Positions 8,999 to 17,508 are shown, counted from the first letter of the stretch. The stretch is DNA of 47,905 bases from a virus (IMGVR_UViG_3300044820_000192:1-47905); one strand, 5' to 3'. Made by a program: numbers and translations. Notes: generated from the sequence alone by a model not told the origin.

Positions 8999-10318
8999 AT
9001 GCCAGATTTGGAAACGCGGCTTCGAGACTCGATCGACGCCGTACAACAACGAGGAAGGAATCATCAATCGCGGCAGCCGGCTGGCCGGCCGGCCACCGCG
9101 GGGGCAGCGGTACGAATCTCACCCAATGTCGATGAAGAATCGGAAAGGAACCACCACCAACCGCAGCTTAGCGCGGGAGCCCAGGGCAAGGAAATGGTAC
9201 TTGCGTGCGCGCAAGTCCAGCACATGCCGGCAATGTCCATGCAGGTCGCTCTCGCCCGGCGCGCCGCGATCGTCGAGTTTGTCAAGGACCTGATGGTCCG
9301 CGACCTCGACTTCGGCGAGATCCCCGGGACCAACCGGCCCTCTCTACTGAAACCGGGAGCGGAGAAACTGGTTAACTTCTTCGGGCTCGATCCTGAGTTC
9401 GCCGCCGTCGAGGAAACGGCCGACTGGAACGGAGACGAGCACCACGGCGAGACGTTCTATTACATCCGGTATCGTTGCCGCCTGCAGCGCGACGGCCGCG
9501 TGGTAGGCATCGGCGAGGCCTCGGCCAATTCCTGGGAATCGAAGTACCGCTATCGCTGGGTCTCCCTCGACCAGGTTCCACCCCATCTCGATGCATCCGG
9601 CCTGGTCACCCGCGGCGGCCGCATCTCCGAGTTCCAATTCGCCGTCGACCGCGCTGAGACCACCGGCCGCTACGGCAAGCCGGCCGCCTACTGGCAACAG
9701 TTCCACGAAGCGATCGCCGCCGGCGCCGCCCGCTCGACCACGAAGAAACTCCGCAACGGCGAGGAGAGCCCGGCGTGGGAGATCGACGGCCGCCTCTACC
9801 GTGTGCCGAACGCCGACGTGGCCGACCAGATCAACACGATTCAGAAGATGGCCCAGAAGCGCGCTCTGGTCGCGGCCACGCTGATCGCCACCTCGGCAAG
9901 CGAGTTCTTCACCCAGGACGTCGAAGACGGAGCCACAACTAACGACGCCGCTCCGGCGGCCGCCGAGCCAGAGGATATCGACACCGGCGGCCACGCCAAG
10001 GGCACGCGCCAGGCTCGGGAGCACGTCCGCGATCGCAAGATCGAGCAACTCCGCGCCAAAGAAGCGGCGGAGGCGGTCAACCCGGCCGCTCCGTCTCAGG
10101 CGCCGCCGCCACCGCCATTCGGCAGCAAGGGCGGCGAGATGGTCAAGGCCTTTCAGGAGATCCGCTCACGGCTCCCGGCCGACCTTTATGCCCAGGTTCT
10201 CAAATCTTACGGGGTCGATCATCCCCGGCTCTTCAAGACTCGCGACCAGGCCGTGGCCTGTTACCGCGAGCTCGCCGGCATGGCTGCTGCGTCCGGAACG
10301 CGAAAGGAGGTGGCGTAG
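8999..10318 (+). CDS. Phage single-strand annealing/recombination protein (putative)
   Basis: KPGAEKLVNFFGL and NTIQKMAQKRALVAA motifs; adjacent to Gp157; start uncertain. Confidence 0.6.
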   Translation: MPDLETRLRDSIDAVQQRGRNHQSRQPAGRPATAGAAVRISPNVDEESERNHHQPQLSAGAQGKEMVLACAQVQHMPAMSMQVALARRAAIVEFVKDLMVRDLDFGEIPGTNRPSLLKPGAEKLVNFFGLDPEFAAVEETADWNGDEHHGETFYYIRYRCRLQRDGRVVGIGEASANSWESKYRYRWVSLDQVPPHLDASGLVTRGGRISEFQFAVDRAETTGRYGKPAAYWQQFHEAIAAGAARSTTKKLRNGEESPAWEIDGRLYRVPNADVADQINTIQKMAQKRALVAATLIATSASEFFTQDVEDGATTNDAAPAAAEPEDIDTGGHAKGTRQAREHVRDRKIEQLRAKEAAEAVNPAAPSQAPPPPPFGSKGGEMVKAFQEIRSRLPADLYAQVLKSYGVDHPRLFKTRDQAVACYRELAGMAAASGTRKEVA

Positions 10319-10320
10319 CC

Positions 10321-10947
10321 ATGGCCTCTCCTGCCGCTACCACCGCGATGACGCTGTACCGGATCGAGGAGGACCTGCTCGCCCTGTGCGACACCGCCGA
10401 GCTCGTCGCTCCCGACAAGGAGCAGGAGTTCCTCGATCAGTTCGCCGCGACGCTGCTCCAGGCGAGAACCAAGCGCGACGCCATCGGCCACGTGCTCTCG
10501 AGCCTGGAGGCCCAGGCGAGCCTGGCGGAGATCGAGATCAAGCGCCTGCGCGATCGCAAGGGCTGGATCGAACACGCCGTCGAGCGGATCGAACATTACG
10601 TGGTCCGGGTAATCGAGGGCCTAGGCACCGACGCCAAGGGCCGCTTCCAGAAGCTCGATGGCAACACGGTCACCCTCAGCCTACACACTTGCTCACCGTC
10701 GGTCGCAGTCAAGGACGAGGCCGCGATTCCCGCCGAGTTTAAGACCATCGCGCTGAAGCTCCCGCTCCCGCTGTGGGAGCGTATCCTCGACGAGCTCGAC
10801 ATCGAAACGGCCGGCCCGTTGGCCGAACTCTCGGCGAGGGCCGACGTGGCGATCGACAAGCGCGCCGTGAAGGCCGCAATCGACGGCGGCGCCGCCGTCC
10901 CCGGTGCGGACCTGGTGATCGGCAATCACACCCTGGTGAGGAAGTGA
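10321..10947 (+). CDS. Siphovirus Gp157 family protein
   Basis: MTLYRIEE...EIKRLRDRK...IPAEF...DKRAVKAAI..G..VPGADL pattern. Confidence 0.85.
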   Translation: MASPAATTAMTLYRIEEDLLALCDTAELVAPDKEQEFLDQFAATLLQARTKRDAIGHVLSSLEAQASLAEIEIKRLRDRKGWIEHAVERIEHYVVRVIEGLGTDAKGRFQKLDGNTVTLSLHTCSPSVAVKDEAAIPAEFKTIALKLPLPLWERILDELDIETAGPLAELSARADVAIDKRAVKAAIDGGAAVPGADLVIGNHTLVRK

Positions 10948-10950
10948 CCC

Positions 10951-11139
10951 ATGAAGCGCTGCATCGAGTGCAACAGCCCCAACGTCTCCTACGTGAACTA
11001 CGCCTGGACCGAGCCGCACGGCGAGAACTGCGAGGCCTCCGGCTTCAAGTGTCGCGACTGCGGCGAACTCTCCGACGGCGTTTATTACGACAACGATCCG
11101 GCCGAGTGGGCCGCGCTTCCGCAGCAGGAGGCCGCCTGA
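10951..11139 (+). CDS. Small zinc-ribbon protein
   Basis: CIEC...CRDC. Confidence 0.65.
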   Translation: MKRCIECNSPNVSYVNYAWTEPHGENCEASGFKCRDCGELSDGVYYDNDPAEWAALPQQEAA

Positions 11140-11140
11140 C

Positions 11141-11428
11141 ATGAGCCGCGAACTGTTGAAGGCTCGCCTGGAGTGCGAATTCGCCACGCTCGAAGATATC
11201 GACCGGGCCCGGAAAGACCGGGGCGACGAAGAAATCGGAGCGGTGATCGAGGAATCGATCGTCTCGCGCAATCTCGCCGACCTGGAGATGCAGGCCGAGG
11301 CGGATCTCATCGCTCGGGCTATTGTCGAGATCGCGGTGGACGAATCCATCGCCAGCGATTTCTTTGACGATGACGAACTGCTCGACTTACTCCGCCGCAA
11401 GAAAGACGAGGACGGCCCATGGCTGTAA
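11141..11428 (+). CDS. Acidic hypothetical protein
   Basis: RBS GGAGG; very D/E-rich 95 aa. Confidence 0.6.
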   Translation: MSRELLKARLECEFATLEDIDRARKDRGDEEIGAVIEESIVSRNLADLEMQAEADLIARAIVEIAVDESIASDFFDDDELLDLLRRKKDEDGPWL

Positions 11429-11685
11429 AGGTCCCCTGCGCCGCCGCCATTCCGGAGGAGCCCCGGCTCCTCACCGCCCGCGAGCTCGAGGTGGCCGCCA
11501 TGGTCGCCCGGGCTCGCTCCAATAAGCAGATCGCCTGGGACCTGGGTATCGCTGAGCAGACCGTGAAGAATCACCTGTTCCACGTCTTCTCGAAGCTCGG
11601 CATCGAAGACCGTGTCACGCTGGCCCTGGCCTTCGCCCGGATCGGCAACTCCACAGCGACCGAACAGAGAGGACTTGCCGCATGA
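11419..11685 (+). CDS. Stand-alone LuxR/NarL-type HTH regulator
   Basis: LTARELEVAAMVARARSNKQIAWDLGIAEQTVKNHLFHVFSKLG. Confidence 0.9.
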   Translation: MAVKVPCAAAIPEEPRLLTARELEVAAMVARARSNKQIAWDLGIAEQTVKNHLFHVFSKLGIEDRVTLALAFARIGNSTATEQRGLAA

Positions 11686-12020
11686 TCGCCACTACTATTC
11701 TTTCCCTGATGCTCGTGAGCTTTCCCGGATCTGACCCGCAATGGAAGCTGGATCCGGAATCCATCCACCTGGTGCAGGAGCGCGAGGCCCGCGATCGCGC
11801 CATTGCCGAGCGGGAAACCGCGGCCGCGGCCGCGACGGCGCCGGATCATCCGCAGGTCTACGGTTCCGCTGAACGCGAACGCCCGGAGCCGCGCCTGACC
11901 GCGAAGGAGCGCCGCGAATTGCGCAAGGCGGTCAAGCGTTTCGTCCGCAGCGGCGCCCCGCTGGTGATTTTGTCGCCCGATCCGCGGGAGACGGCGGCGA
12001 AAGGAGGAACCCGGCCGTGA
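11682..12020 (+). CDS. Hypothetical protein with N-terminal hydrophobic segment
   Basis: ATGA coupling; MIATTILSLMLVSF leader. Confidence 0.55.
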   Translation: MIATTILSLMLVSFPGSDPQWKLDPESIHLVQEREARDRAIAERETAAAAATAPDHPQVYGSAERERPEPRLTAKERRELRKAVKRFVRSGAPLVILSPDPRETAAKGGTRP

Positions 12021-12223
12021 CTTGCGAGCTGAAACTCCGCCCGTGACCCGCCATCCCCAGTTCCCCGCGCTGTTCCCTGCCTGATTTCTTCTCTTCCGTG
12101 GGCGGCCCGGCCGCCCTCGGACCTTCCTCCCCGGCCTTGTCTTCCCGCGCTCATCCGCCGATCTACCCATGGAGTGCACGCGATTTGTCGTAACGCCGTT
12201 CCGCCCCCTCCCGCACCGCCCTG

Positions 12224-12286
12224 TAAGTGCTTGATTTCCCGTTCTCAAAGGGGGCTCAATTTCACAAAGTAAGTATTCTGTCCAAT
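12224..12286. other. Putative tyrosine-recombinase site (dif-like 11-6-11) with IHF-like box
   Basis: ATTTCACAAAG-TAAGTA-TTCTGTCCAAT at 12259-12286, each arm 8/11 to the E. coli XerD arm TTATGTTAAAT; AATCAAgcacTTA on - strand at 12224-12236. Confidence 0.55.
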
Positions 12287-12294
12287 GAATCTCA

Positions 12295-13005
12295 ATGCCT
12301 GAAATGAACGACTTGGAAGGGCTCAGCGCCGAGCAACTCGCCGACCTGGCGCGGCGGATCCACGCCAAGATCGGCCCGCTCAGCCCGCCGCCGGCCGCCG
12401 GCGGCGCCCCGCCTCTCCCCTCCCGCGGCCGCCGCGGCCGCAAAAAAAAATCACCGGTGGCCTACCTGAACGACGAGGAACTCGCCGCGCTGTTCTCGGC
12501 GATCACCGCCGGCGGCGATCCACGGGACCTGGCGATCTTCGAGTTGGCCTACCATCGCGGTCTCCGGGCGAGCGAGGTGGGGTTGCTGCAGATGAACCAT
12601 CTGCGGCTCAGCCAGAAGCGGCTCTACGTGAGCCGGCTGAAGAACGGGATCTCCGGCGAGTACCTGCTGACCGAGCGGGAGGTCCGGGCGCTCCGCCGCT
12701 GGCTGGCAAAACGCGGCACGGCCGCGGGCCCGCTATTCCCGAGCCGGAAACGCGGCCCGATCACCCGGCAACGCCTCGATCAGCTCATGAAGCTCTACGC
12801 CGGCCAGGCTGGACTTCCCGAGCACAAGCGCCACTTCCACTGCTTGCGCCATTCCTGCGCGACGTCGCTGCTGGATCACGATGTGTCGATCGAACTGGTC
12901 CAGGATCACCTGGGCCACGCGGACATCCGGAACACCATGATCTACGCCAAGGTGACGAACAAGAAGCGCCGGCAGAAGGACGAGTTGCTGCAGCGGGACT
13001 GGTAG
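12295..13005 (+). CDS. FimB/FimE-like short tyrosine recombinase
   Basis: GLRASE, RLKNG, HCLRH, LGH, MIY catalytic residues; no arm- or core-binding N-domain. Confidence 0.9.
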   Translation: MPEMNDLEGLSAEQLADLARRIHAKIGPLSPPPAAGGAPPLPSRGRRGRKKKSPVAYLNDEELAALFSAITAGGDPRDLAIFELAYHRGLRASEVGLLQMNHLRLSQKRLYVSRLKNGISGEYLLTEREVRALRRWLAKRGTAAGPLFPSRKRGPITRQRLDQLMKLYAGQAGLPEHKRHFHCLRHSCATSLLDHDVSIELVQDHLGHADIRNTMIYAKVTNKKRRQKDELLQRDW

Positions 13006-13095
13006 CCATCAGCAGCGGACCGGCAGCATTCCGGCGGCACCTGGTCGGAAAAATCCTGTGGAGCTGAAGAGGTGACCTCAGCCCACTTCCCAGGC

Positions 13096-13383
13096 ATGAG
13101 AGACACAGACTTGATTCAGATCGTGGTCGCGTACCTCCTGATAGGCGTTGGATTCGGCACCGCGGCGATGGTAGTCGCGGAAAAGCGCGGCGGCCACAGC
13201 TTCGGGTTCTTCATGCTGGGTCTTCTTCTCGGCCCTATCGGTTGGTTGCTGGCCTTTACCGCCGGTGTCCCCTGTCCGCACTGCCGTCAGATTATCCCCG
13301 ACAACGCGACTGCCTGCCGGTGTTGTGGCCAGCCTATCGCTCCCTTGCAAGAGCAGCAGAAGGTCCGGATAGCTAGCGCTTGA
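13096..13383 (+). CDS. Membrane protein with C-terminal zinc ribbon
   Basis: Two TM segments, LLLGPIG, CPHC...CRCC. Confidence 0.75.
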   Translation: MRDTDLIQIVVAYLLIGVGFGTAAMVVAEKRGGHSFGFFMLGLLLGPIGWLLAFTAGVPCPHCRQIIPDNATACRCCGQPIAPLQEQQKVRIASA

Positions 13384-13510
13384 CGTCCTCCGGTTCGTCC
13401 GGATTTCGAAGGTGTGTGCGTGCGTGAGTGTCGCCCAGAATGCTGACACACACACGCACGCACTGGGCTCTCTCTGTTCTCTTTAAAACACAATAAGGAT
13501 GCGCGGGCCG

Positions 13511-13595
13511 AATACCGGGTCTGCAGACCCGCTACTACCGGGTCTGGGGACCCGGTATTCTCCGCAGAATAGAGGGTCTGCAGACCCGCTATTGT
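13511..13595. repeat. Three palindromic GGGTCTGCAGACCC-type repeats (iteron/operator-like)
   Basis: Copies at ~13511, ~13536 (variant GGGTCTGGGGACCC) and ~13568; same motif as 18524-18596. Confidence 0.85.
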
Positions 13596-13658
13596 CCCGT
13601 TTCCGGAAAAGTTCTATAGGTACCGATCTGGGCCCCTGAGTACTTATAAACTCGGGGA

Positions 13659-13784
13659 ATGAAAACCCTTCGTTTGCTGTTCCTGATTGTAGCCGCGGCC
13701 ACAATCGTCGCCGCTGAAGATCCGATTCCTCATTGCTGGCCGTGCGCGCCTCCGCCGCCTTCGACAGCGGGCGCGGGCTTATAA
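13659..13784 (+). CDS. 41-aa secreted peptide precursor (signal peptide + EDPIPHCWPC core), not in ORF track
   Basis: MKTLRLLFLIVAAATIVAA|EDPIPHCWPCAPPPPSTAGAGL*; n/h/c signal-peptide layout; TATAAA 8 nt upstream; stop 9 nt before next gene. Confidence 0.8.
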   Translation: MKTLRLLFLIVAAATIVAAEDPIPHCWPCAPPPPSTAGAGL

Positions 13785-13793
13785 TCCCTGAGG

Positions 13794-14603
13794 ATGAGCC
13801 TTTCACTGATCGAGAAAGGGCTATGGTTTGGTTCCATAGCCCTGCAGGTGGCCGTCGCGTGCCGCCTGGTCTCGATCGGCCTGGCTCGTACGTATCGGCT
13901 CTTTTGCGCCTATCTCGCCGTTGCATCGACGATCTCGATCTTGTTGGCGGCCGCCTTCCCCGATCCCGGATCGATCCGCTATGCCTTCGCCTGGATGGTC
14001 AGCCGAGCCGTCTCCCTGGCGGCGGAAACAGCCGCGGTCATAGAACTTCTGCTGTTGGCGCTGCGACGCTATCGTGGAGCACAAGGGAGGGAGTTCATCG
14101 GCCTGCTCGTCCTCGCCGGTGCCGCCGTGGCGATAATCCCGCTCGGCCTTGATCTGCGCTACACCGATTGGGTGCCCGCCGTCTTCCCGACTGTGCTGGC
14201 GGCGAGTCGCGTGATCACCGCCTGCCTCGCTTTGATCGCCATCGGGACGTTGGTACTGATCTGGGCCATGGCCGCCGCTCCGCGCCCGAACACCGTGGTC
14301 CACGCCAGGTTGTTCGCCGTCTTCGCATCATGCCAGGCGGCGGCATTCTTTGCGGCCAATGCTCCCATTGGCAACGTCATCGCTCTGAACATTTTCCTGC
14401 TGGCCGCGAGTTGCTCCTGTCTGATCGGATGGATCGCTCTCCTCAAGCCGCGGGGCGAGGAGATTCCCATGGCGGCCGCCATGACGAGCGAAGAGATTGA
14501 CCATGCGATGGCGGCGGAGAAGCGGGTCTTGAACGAGGGAGACCGGTTAGTTTCCGGCCTGATGGAGACAACGTTCGGACGCTTCAAAAGACGACAACGA
14601 TAG
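13794..14603 (+). CDS. 7-TM membrane protein (candidate peptide receptor)
   Basis: Seven hydrophobic segments and a ~50-aa charged C-terminal tail; no kinase domain. Confidence 0.8.
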   Translation: MSLSLIEKGLWFGSIALQVAVACRLVSIGLARTYRLFCAYLAVASTISILLAAAFPDPGSIRYAFAWMVSRAVSLAAETAAVIELLLLALRRYRGAQGREFIGLLVLAGAAVAIIPLGLDLRYTDWVPAVFPTVLAASRVITACLALIAIGTLVLIWAMAAAPRPNTVVHARLFAVFASCQAAAFFAANAPIGNVIALNIFLLAASCSCLIGWIALLKPRGEEIPMAAAMTSEEIDHAMAAEKRVLNEGDRLVSGLMETTFGRFKRRQR

Positions 14604-15086
14604 CCGGTACCAACCGATCGCGTACAGGATCAGAGCGGCCCGCAGGGTGGCCCAGTGCGTCAATCTGGAGCGGATTTGTTCCGTGATCAGAACTCCGTCC
14701 CATTCAAGGCGGCGATCGCCCGCGGCGCGCAGAGCCGCGAAGGTTTCAGCCTCAAATTGCTTGATCAGTTGCCGAAGAACCAGAAACCGCGAAAACCGGA
14801 ATCCCCACAAAGCCCCTGAAAGGCGCTGAGACCTCAGCCAACGCTCGTCTTCCCCCGAGATGATTTTGAGAATAAGACGGGTGCAGTTCCTCAGAGCCTT
14901 CTCAACAGGCACGATACCGAACTCCGGGCCTTGTTCCGAAAGGCTCCCGGTGATCTCCGCCTGGGGGTGAGACGTCTCGAGTTCCTCGATCAGCGCAGCC
15001 AGGCCGGCCGCGATAGCACGCTCGCGCTTCCTGTCTATTTTCCGCTCTGGAAAAACCCGAAGAAGAGTCAACATTGCGGACCTCAA
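14547..15086 (-). CDS. Helical protein coupled to repressor
   Basis: TTG start overlaps cI stop (alternative ATG at 15074); EDERWLRSQ motif; 3' end overlaps 7-TM gene by 57 nt. Confidence 0.65.
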   Translation of the reverse strand: MRSAMLTLLRVFPERKIDRKRERAIAAGLAALIEELETSHPQAEITGSLSEQGPEFGIVPVEKALRNCTRLILKIISGEDERWLRSQRLSGALWGFRFSRFLVLRQLIKQFEAETFAALRAAGDRRLEWDGVLITEQIRSRLTHWATLRAALILYAIGWYRLSLSSFEASERCLHQAGN

Positions 15087-15547
15087 GCCGGCCGGCGCTC
15101 CTTCTTCTGCTTCTTTTCTTCTCTAGGATTTTCCTGATGCCTGAACTCGTCGGCCTGGAGCATCTCGGGCAAGAGGGATTTGAATTTCTCGATCAGCGGG
15201 CTTCCCTTGTGGCCGTAGAGATCGATCAGTGCCCGCACCATGGGATGCAGTTGGGGCGGGATATCAAGCGACGAAGAGCTTGGCTTGGACTTGGCCCAAA
15301 GCTCGTGGATCAATGAAATCTGAGTTTTTGAAAGGCCAGACGCCTCGATGAAATAGTCGGCAAGATCCTGGTTCGGCGAGATTCCTGCCAACATTAAACA
15401 CACAGCCGGATCGGACTTGGAACGCCCCGAAAGCCAGTAAGAAATTGTGCTCTGGTTCAGGTCCAAGGCAGAAGCAAGCTCGACCTGATTTATGCCGAGT
15501 TCGGCCATCAGATTACGGAGTTTGTCTGAAAAGGCCGGTTTTTCCAC
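15083..15547 (-). CDS. cI-like XRE repressor without S24 peptidase domain
   Basis: LGINQVELASALDLNQSTISYWLSG HTH; divergent from cro-like gene. Confidence 0.8.
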   Translation of the reverse strand: MEKPAFSDKLRNLMAELGINQVELASALDLNQSTISYWLSGRSKSDPAVCLMLAGISPNQDLADYFIEASGLSKTQISLIHELWAKSKPSSSSLDIPPQLHPMVRALIDLYGHKGSPLIEKFKSLLPEMLQADEFRHQENPREEKKQKKERRPA

Positions 15548-15577
15548 TTGTCAAATCCGTAGACGATGTCATATCAT
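15548..15577 (+). promoter_or_regulatory. Putative early rightward promoter
   Basis: TTGTCA-18-TATCAT in the AT-rich cI/cro gap. Confidence 0.5.
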
Positions 15578-15614
15578 TTAGTACGTCAAGACCAAGCGAG
15601 AGGCTACCACACCC

Positions 15615-15923
15615 ATGACCTCCGGTAAACCCAGAACCGCACCTAAACCCACACCTTCACGGGAAGTACTCTCCGCCGCCGAACCCCTAATGACCCGAGG
15701 CCGCATCAGGGTCATCCTGGATCGCCACTACGGCGCCAAGGCCCAGATAGCTCACGAGCTCGGCATCAACCGGGTGTCCGTGTATTGCTGGATCTGGGGA
15801 CGTACCGAGTCGGCACGCGTTCACCGTGCGGCCAACGCCCGCGCGCTCGAGTTGCTCGCCGAGGAGGCGGAGCAGAAGCAGGAGAAGGGCTCCCCCAAGC
15901 AGCTTCAGCAGGCCACCTTATGA
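15615..15923 (+). CDS. Cro-like HTH protein
   Basis: AKAQIAHELGINRVSVYCWIWG; divergent from cI. Confidence 0.7.
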   Translation: MTSGKPRTAPKPTPSREVLSAAEPLMTRGRIRVILDRHYGAKAQIAHELGINRVSVYCWIWGRTESARVHRAANARALELLAEEAEQKQEKGSPKQLQQATL

Positions 15924-16414
15924 GCTCCAATTTGTCGCCCGACCCTCCCGCATCATTGGAATCCACGGCGGCCGCGTCCCCATCCGGAGCCGCCTCCGCC
16001 TCCGCCGTCGGTGCCGCCTTCGCACTGACGGCGGACTTTTTGAGCCCGGAGAACACCGCGGCTATCCTCGGCATGAGCACCGGAACGCTCGCCAACTGGC
16101 GAGCTCGCGGGCGTGGGCCCGCGTGGCACAAATGGGCCGGCGTGGTGCGCTACCATCCGGCCGATATCCTGGACTGGATCAACGCCCAGCGACACATCCC
16201 AACCGAGGCTATCCAGAGTCATGAGCATCAGCGAGCGCAACGGAAGGTGGTTTTACCGGTTTCAGGTCGATCATCATCGCGTGCAGCAAACCACCGGCTT
16301 GGCGGCTACCGCACGAAATCTGCCGCAGGCGCAGCGGATGGAGATGGCCCACTACCAGGGAATCCTGGAGGGCAGGCTGGGCCTGAGAAAGCTGGAGGTT
16401 CGCGGATTCAGTGA
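15920..16414 (+). CDS. AlpA/excisionase-like HTH protein
   Basis: LSPENTAAILGMSTGTLANWRARGRGP..W...VRY...ILDWI; directly before integrase. Confidence 0.8.
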   Translation: MSSNLSPDPPASLESTAAASPSGAASASAVGAAFALTADFLSPENTAAILGMSTGTLANWRARGRGPAWHKWAGVVRYHPADILDWINAQRHIPTEAIQSHEHQRAQRKVVLPVSGRSSSRAANHRLGGYRTKSAAGAADGDGPLPGNPGGQAGPEKAGGSRIQ

Positions 16415-17387
16415 AGCTGCCGACGAATTCCTCAACCACCAGGCCGTTCTTCGCCGCGGTCATGAATCGACGGTGGCCCGCATTCGAACCAGCCTCGTCA
16501 GCCTGCGATGCTGGTTCGGAAACAAGCCACTCAGCCTGGTCACGGCTGGCGATGTCGAGCGCTTCATGGTGTGGCGCCTTTCCGGAGACACCACCGGGGC
16601 AGGTATCGCTCCAGTGAAGCCAATCACCGTGCGCCACGATCTCGACACGTTGAGTTTGTTGTGCGCATGGGGTGTCCGGATGAACTACGCGCGCTTCAAC
16701 CCGGTTGCTTCGGTGAAGAGGCCCTCCGACAAGGACGCGATCCGCATGCGCGTTCTCACGCGCGACGAGGAGCGTTCATATTTTGCTGTCGCTCGCGGCG
16801 CCCTTCACGATCTCGGCCGCCTGATCATCCTCCAGGGGCTGCGCCCGGGCGAAGCGATCGCGCTGCGCAAAGAGGATATCGACCTCGACCGCAATTACCT
16901 CCTGGTTCGCTGCGGCAAGACCCGGGCGGCGCGCCGGCGCCTGAGCCTTACGCCAGAGAGCGCCGCGATCCTCGCCCGCCGGATAGCTCCGGCCCTGAGC
17001 CCTTGGGTGTTCCCGTCGCCCTACGACCATGCCCGGCACATCCAGAAGCTCAACGCGACACACGACCGGGTCCTCGATCGCCTGAACCCCTGCCAGCAAT
17101 GCGGGCAGCCCGCGAGTACTCACTCCGCAGCGAAACGCTGCAAGTCCTACGTGACGCCGCGGAACCCGCTCCTGTTCGTCCTGTACGATCTGCGCCACAC
17201 GTTCGCGACCAGGATGATCGAGGCCGGCGTGAAGATCTCCAGCCTCCAGCGCATCATGGGGCACACCAGCATCGTCGTCACCCAGCGCTATGTACACCTG
17301 AGCCAGGCCGATCAGGACGAAGCCATGGCGCTGTACGTCCACGCGAACGAGGCCGCCGACACCTCGCCACGGGGGAAGGTCCAATGA
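16221..17387 (+). CDS. int: Phage integrase (tyrosine recombinase)
   Basis: MSISERNGRWFYRF arm domain; GLRPGE, GKT, YDLRH, MGH, QRY; followed by tRNA-derived att core. Confidence 0.93.
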   Translation: MSISERNGRWFYRFQVDHHRVQQTTGLAATARNLPQAQRMEMAHYQGILEGRLGLRKLEVRGFSEAADEFLNHQAVLRRGHESTVARIRTSLVSLRCWFGNKPLSLVTAGDVERFMVWRLSGDTTGAGIAPVKPITVRHDLDTLSLLCAWGVRMNYARFNPVASVKRPSDKDAIRMRVLTRDEERSYFAVARGALHDLGRLIILQGLRPGEAIALRKEDIDLDRNYLLVRCGKTRAARRRLSLTPESAAILARRIAPALSPWVFPSPYDHARHIQKLNATHDRVLDRLNPCQQCGQPASTHSAAKRCKSYVTPRNPLLFVLYDLRHTFATRMIEAGVKISSLQRIMGHTSIVVTQRYVHLSQADQDEAMALYVHANEAADTSPRGKVQ

Positions 17388-17463
17388 TGCCGACGGTATG
17401 GCAAAGGGACTTGCCCCGATTAATCCCGCTGGCTCAGCGGCTTACAGCGGTACTTTGGTGCGC

Positions 17464-17508
17464 CTGCAAAACCTTTATCCGGCGGTTCGAATCCGCCCCG
17501 CGCCTCCA
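17464..17508 (+). other. attP core: 3' half of tRNA-Cys(GCA)
   Basis: CTGCAAA anticodon loop, GGCGG-TTCGAAT-CCGCC T-arm, acceptor 3' strand ending TCCA; no matching 5' half. Confidence 0.85.

Noticed and set aside
13511-13595. Mini CRISPR array
   Set aside because: Repeats are nearly abutting, with no 30-40 nt unique spacers, and there are no cas genes
13483-13926. Minus-strand ORF sharing SGSADP with Rep
   Set aside because: Similarity comes only from the DNA repeat, and the ORF is antisense to the peptide and 7-TM genes
17425-17508. Complete tRNA-Cys gene
   Set aside because: The 5' acceptor strand, D-arm and 5' anticodon stem do not pair with the 3' half; it is an att core only
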